Part shown: positions 60,950 through 64,000 of the stretch, piece by piece
How positions within the stretch are numbered: the stretch's first letter is position 1
Layout: each line of letters begins with the position of its first letter
Made by a program: the position numbers and the translations under genes
Notes under the pieces: generated by a model
What the model saw: only the letters and a program-made list of their open reading frames with translations
Told to the model about the DNA's origin: nothing
Databases searched by the model: none
Assembly (NCBI GenBank): GCA_001661245.1
Contig: KV454016.1
Location: 866,268-930,267 of the forward strand
Length of the DNA stretch: 64,000 bases
From: Pachysolen tannophilus NRRL Y-2460
Lineage: Eukaryota
Direction: 5' to 3'

Positions 60950-61516
60950 ATGTACAAGAGAACCAATTATAATTCAGTAGGAACAGAGTCAGCTCAGGGC
61001 CAGGTCCTGAGCCAGGTCCTGAGCCAGGCCCTGAACTATGATGATGAGACGAGGTTAAAGTTACAGGCAATTGGAATGAGGATTAGAAAATCAATAGCAG
61101 ATGGTTACTGTGTTCCTGGGGGTGATTCAAATGGATACTTGACAGATTTACAATCGCAACACCTTAACCAGCAGCTGGAGCTGCTGCAGTTGCAGTTGCT
61201 GGGACAAGTACTGGCACTGGGACAATCTATGGTTGCGCCTTCTTTCAAACGTGTACCACTTGCAAGTCACGTGACGCGGCCTCCAAGTTTAAGTTTTAAC
61301 AATTCAAGTACTTTAGAAGGTGAAAATTTTGAAAATGGGTTTAATATGAATCGTGAAAATTTAGGTAGGAAAAGATCTAGAGAATTTGATGAAGAGAATT
61401 ATCATTACAAAGAGAAAAAAGAACTGGAAAATCAATTTGTAATTGCTAGTAAAGATGTTCCGCTTGAAGTTTTCCAAAATAGACATGGCGCTTTACAGTT
61501 TGATCAAGATTTTTAA
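60950..61516 (+). CDS. DIF1: Ribonucleotide reductase regulator, Dif1/Sml1/Spd1 family
   Basis: ATG 60950; LQAIGMRIRKSIADGY (Hug/RNR-inhibitor motif), RPPSL..SSTLE Sml-like degron; lies between CAR2 and ECM30 as DIF1 does in S. cerevisiae. Confidence 0.85.
   Translation: MYKRTNYNSVGTESAQGQVLSQVLSQALNYDDETRLKLQAIGMRIRKSIADGYCVPGGDSNGYLTDLQSQHLNQQLELLQLQLLGQVLALGQSMVAPSFKRVPLASHVTRPPSLSFNNSSTLEGENFENGFNMNRENLGRKRSREFDEENYHYKEKKELENQFVIASKDVPLEVFQNRHGALQFDQDF
61001..61036 (+). repeat. 12-bp coding tandem repeat (CAGGTCCTGAGC)x3
   Basis: Two exact copies and one variant, each containing an in-frame CTG. Confidence 0.9.
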
Positions 61517-62220
61517 TTGATTTTTTTTTTTTTTTTTTTTGCTTTTTGACATTTTTACAAAATAGCAGATTGCACATGTGTTAGTACTTATAGCAGGATC
61601 TATTGATGACCGATTTATGTTGTATGTTTGTTCGAAATTTAGTTGGTTTAGGTGGTTTATCTTTTCATTTTTTTTTTTTATATATATATTTTAAGGCGCA
61701 ATCTCATTATTTATAGGGTTTCTTTTTTTTATTCAAGGTTTCTAGTAATCCTTCTCTATGTCCATCTATACATATATCTATATATATTCTTATTGTTGTT
61801 GCTCAGTTTTAAACTTGTAAATTTTTTTGTATTTTTTCTTTTTCTTTTTTTTTTTTTTGAACTTTTTTTTTTTTTTTTGTCCTTTTTTCCACAAAATGGT
61901 GCAACAAATTTATCACTTATTTTATACATTATAAATTGATATTTTAAATTTAAACGGCGGTTGATTTTATTTATGAGAATATCAAAAGTTTTATCAAGTG
62001 GATAGTGGTAATTTTTCATTCGTTGTTGATATTGGGTTTAAATAATTAAATATCCTTCTTCTTTAATAATAATTTTAAGCAAAACCCCAAATCTGGAAAT
62101 TCAAGTCCCCCTATTAATATTAAACAAAAAAAAATAGGAAAAACAATATTATAATTTTTTTATATAAATATAGATCTATATATTTATGAACAAGAATAGA
62201 TTATCCTTTGTTCAGAGAGA

Positions 62221-64000
62221 ATGAATTCAGCAGAGGCAAAGGCAAAGTTTAAAAATCATTTTTATAAATTAGGTGAAAAAAGAGATATTCCTGTTAGAGA
62301 GAATAAATATTGGGAAATTTTTTGGGAAAAGCCTAGATCAGTTGATGATATTTTTGAATTAATAACTGTAAATGATATTAGATCCGTTAGTAATTCTAAA
62401 AACTTTATTAGACTATTAAGAATAGTTTCTTTAAAGTTTATTAGTTTGGCTTCAGAGAAAAGAGATTTGGATACTTTACAAGTTTTAAATTGTTGTCGTA
62501 TACTTACAAGGTTATTCCCATTTTTATATGAAAACTTGGAATTATCTAAAATTGAAAAAGATATTTTTTGGTCAGTTAATGGGAGTACAGATTCAAATAT
62601 AAATACAGAAGTTCTTGATGAAACTAATAATAGAGTAGGATCAAGTAATTCAGCCACTATTGGATCAGCCACTTCTGCTAGTTCATTTTCTAATGAAGAT
62701 TATGATAGAGCAAGTGTTGATGCAAATACAAATTTTGATAATATTCATAATGCATTGGAAACACAATCAACAAAAGCTCAAGTGCATGTATCAGATAATA
62801 ATTTACCATTAGGAGCTCAATTAGTTACAACTTGTGTTAATTTATTATTTACAAAAAATTTTACAATTTCAAGTACAACAAATAAGACAACTAATGGAAT
62901 TGATTTTACAATTTGGGAACCTGGTATTGGATTAAATGAAAAATATTCAACCCCTAAATTAGAAATCGATTGTAATAGATTAGAAATTTTAAAATTATTA
63001 ATAACTTTATGTTCTCAATGTCTTTATTTTACTCCAAATAACGTCATTGAAAAAGGTTCAAGATATTTAACAGTATTAGTTACATCTACTCCAAAACTTC
63101 ATATATTAACCTTGTTATCATCTTTAATCAATTTGACATGTCGAATTGGCCGTCCAGCTAATGAAAATGGTTTGGAATTCAATAATAATTCTTTGAATCA
63201 ATTAAGAGAATTAATGATAACTAATGCAATTGATTTATTAACTTTAATGATTGTCTATCCAATACCGAAACATGATATTGATTTTTTAAATAAAACAGGA
63301 ATATTAAATGGTAGACCATATAATTTAGTAAGGTTTTATTTTGGTAAATTACACAAAGAAAATGAATTAAATTTTTTGTTAACAAACCTCATTGCAATTT
63401 TGAAAAAACCTTTAATTGAAATTTCTACAAATGAAACTTCTTCATCGTTATCATCGTTAATAAAATCTAAAACATCTACTGCAGAACCTTCTGTATGGGG
63501 TACAGAAATAGTTATGTTATTATGGGAATTATACCAATGCAATAAAAGATTTAAAATATATTTAATAGACAATTCTGGACCAGAATTAATGATAATATTA
63601 TTGTACTACATAGCATTAAACAGAAACAGTGCAATGCATAAAAATTTCGTTAGAGTCTGTCTTTATTTTTCACTCTATCTTTCAAGTGATCCGCTAATAT
63701 TAGCAAAACTATTATGTCCGTTTTCAAATCAATTATATTTACAATTACCTCAATCATTTAAGATTAGCCCAAATCCAGTTACATTCAGAGATTTTATTGT
63801 TGTGAAGATATGTCAATTGTTGATCGTTGATAAGATCAATATTTTAACACCTACATTAACTGAATTACTATATAACTTAATTCCGATTGCGGGTTTATTG
63901 GAACCTACTAATGGTAGTGGTAATATCAATGGTAATAGTAACGTATCCTCACCAAATGATACAAATCAAATGCAAAATAGAAGACTGTCGAAAGTTGATG
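62221..64000 (+). CDS. ECM30: Ecm30/HID1-family protein, 3' end beyond the window (absent from ORF track)
   Basis: Open frame from ATG 62221 (in-frame stop at 62197) to the window end; YWEIFWEKP..DDIFELI..DIR, LNCCRILTRLFPFLYE, LLFTKNFTI, IWEPGIG, NRLEILKLL; synteny CAR2-DIF1-ECM30. Confidence 0.88.
   Translation, partial: MNSAEAKAKFKNHFYKLGEKRDIPVRENKYWEIFWEKPRSVDDIFELITVNDIRSVSNSKNFIRLLRIVSLKFISLASEKRDLDTLQVLNCCRILTRLFPFLYENLELSKIEKDIFWSVNGSTDSNINTEVLDETNNRVGSSNSATIGSATSASSFSNEDYDRASVDANTNFDNIHNALETQSTKAQVHVSDNNLPLGAQLVTTCVNLLFTKNFTISSTTNKTTNGIDFTIWEPGIGLNEKYSTPKLEIDCNRLEILKLLITLCSQCLYFTPNNVIEKGSRYLTVLVTSTPKLHILTLLSSLINLTCRIGRPANENGLEFNNNSLNQLRELMITNAIDLLTLMIVYPIPKHDIDFLNKTGILNGRPYNLVRFYFGKLHKENELNFLLTNLIAILKKPLIEISTNETSSSLSSLIKSKTSTAEPSVWGTEIVMLLWELYQCNKRFKIYLIDNSGPELMIILLYYIALNRNSAMHKNFVRVCLYFSLYLSSDPLILAKLLCPFSNQLYLQLPQSFKISPNPVTFRDFIVVKICQLLIVDKINILTPTLTELLYNLIPIAGLLEPTNGSGNINGNSNVSSPNDTNQMQNRRLSKVD

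Noticed and set aside
61169..61225. Alternate frame in DIF1 reading AAGAAAVAVAGTSTGTG, suggesting a frameshift
   Set aside because: Main frame is open and links conserved N- and C-terminal motifs; CUG=Ala explains the composition
61652..62019. Overlapping 95-aa and 87-aa ORFs between DIF1 and ECM30
   Set aside because: Derived from poly(T)/poly(A) tracts; no coding signature

Overview
AT-rich budding-yeast (Saccharomycotina) chromosomal DNA, densely packed with about 32 protein-coding genes: HOP2, CWH41, TRP5, MED3, a PCI-like unknown, an MCH1-like MFS transporter, FMT1, VPS13, a class II aldolase, SEC22, DCS1, CMG1, MED4, ALE1, COQ10, MVP1, RCL1, TAF4, YCS4, HEM15, ARP6, VTC5, SLU7, RRP1, SSS1, SPT2, RAD4, a PQ-loop gene, a 74-aa membrane ORF, CAR2, a DIF1/SML1-like gene and a partial ECM30. 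I resolved 15 spliceosomal introns in 12 genes by hand, so many ORF-track starts are wrong, and SSS1 and ECM30 are missing from the track. The strongest unusual signal is that in-frame CTG codons behave like Ala rather than Leu, consistent with the CUG-Ala yeast clade (Pachysolen, Nakazawaea, Peterozyma; NCBI table 26). Other points of interest: 3' splice sites are only TAG or AAG, never CAG; the RNR inhibitor tail mimics the RNR small-subunit C-terminus; a Candida-type Tbf1 palindrome sits at the left edge; a CGGAGAAG motif is shared by two promoters; and microsynteny with S. cerevisiae is deeply conserved. I saw no tRNA, rRNA, transposon or CRISPR. Homologue sequences quoted are from memory and need alignment to confirm.
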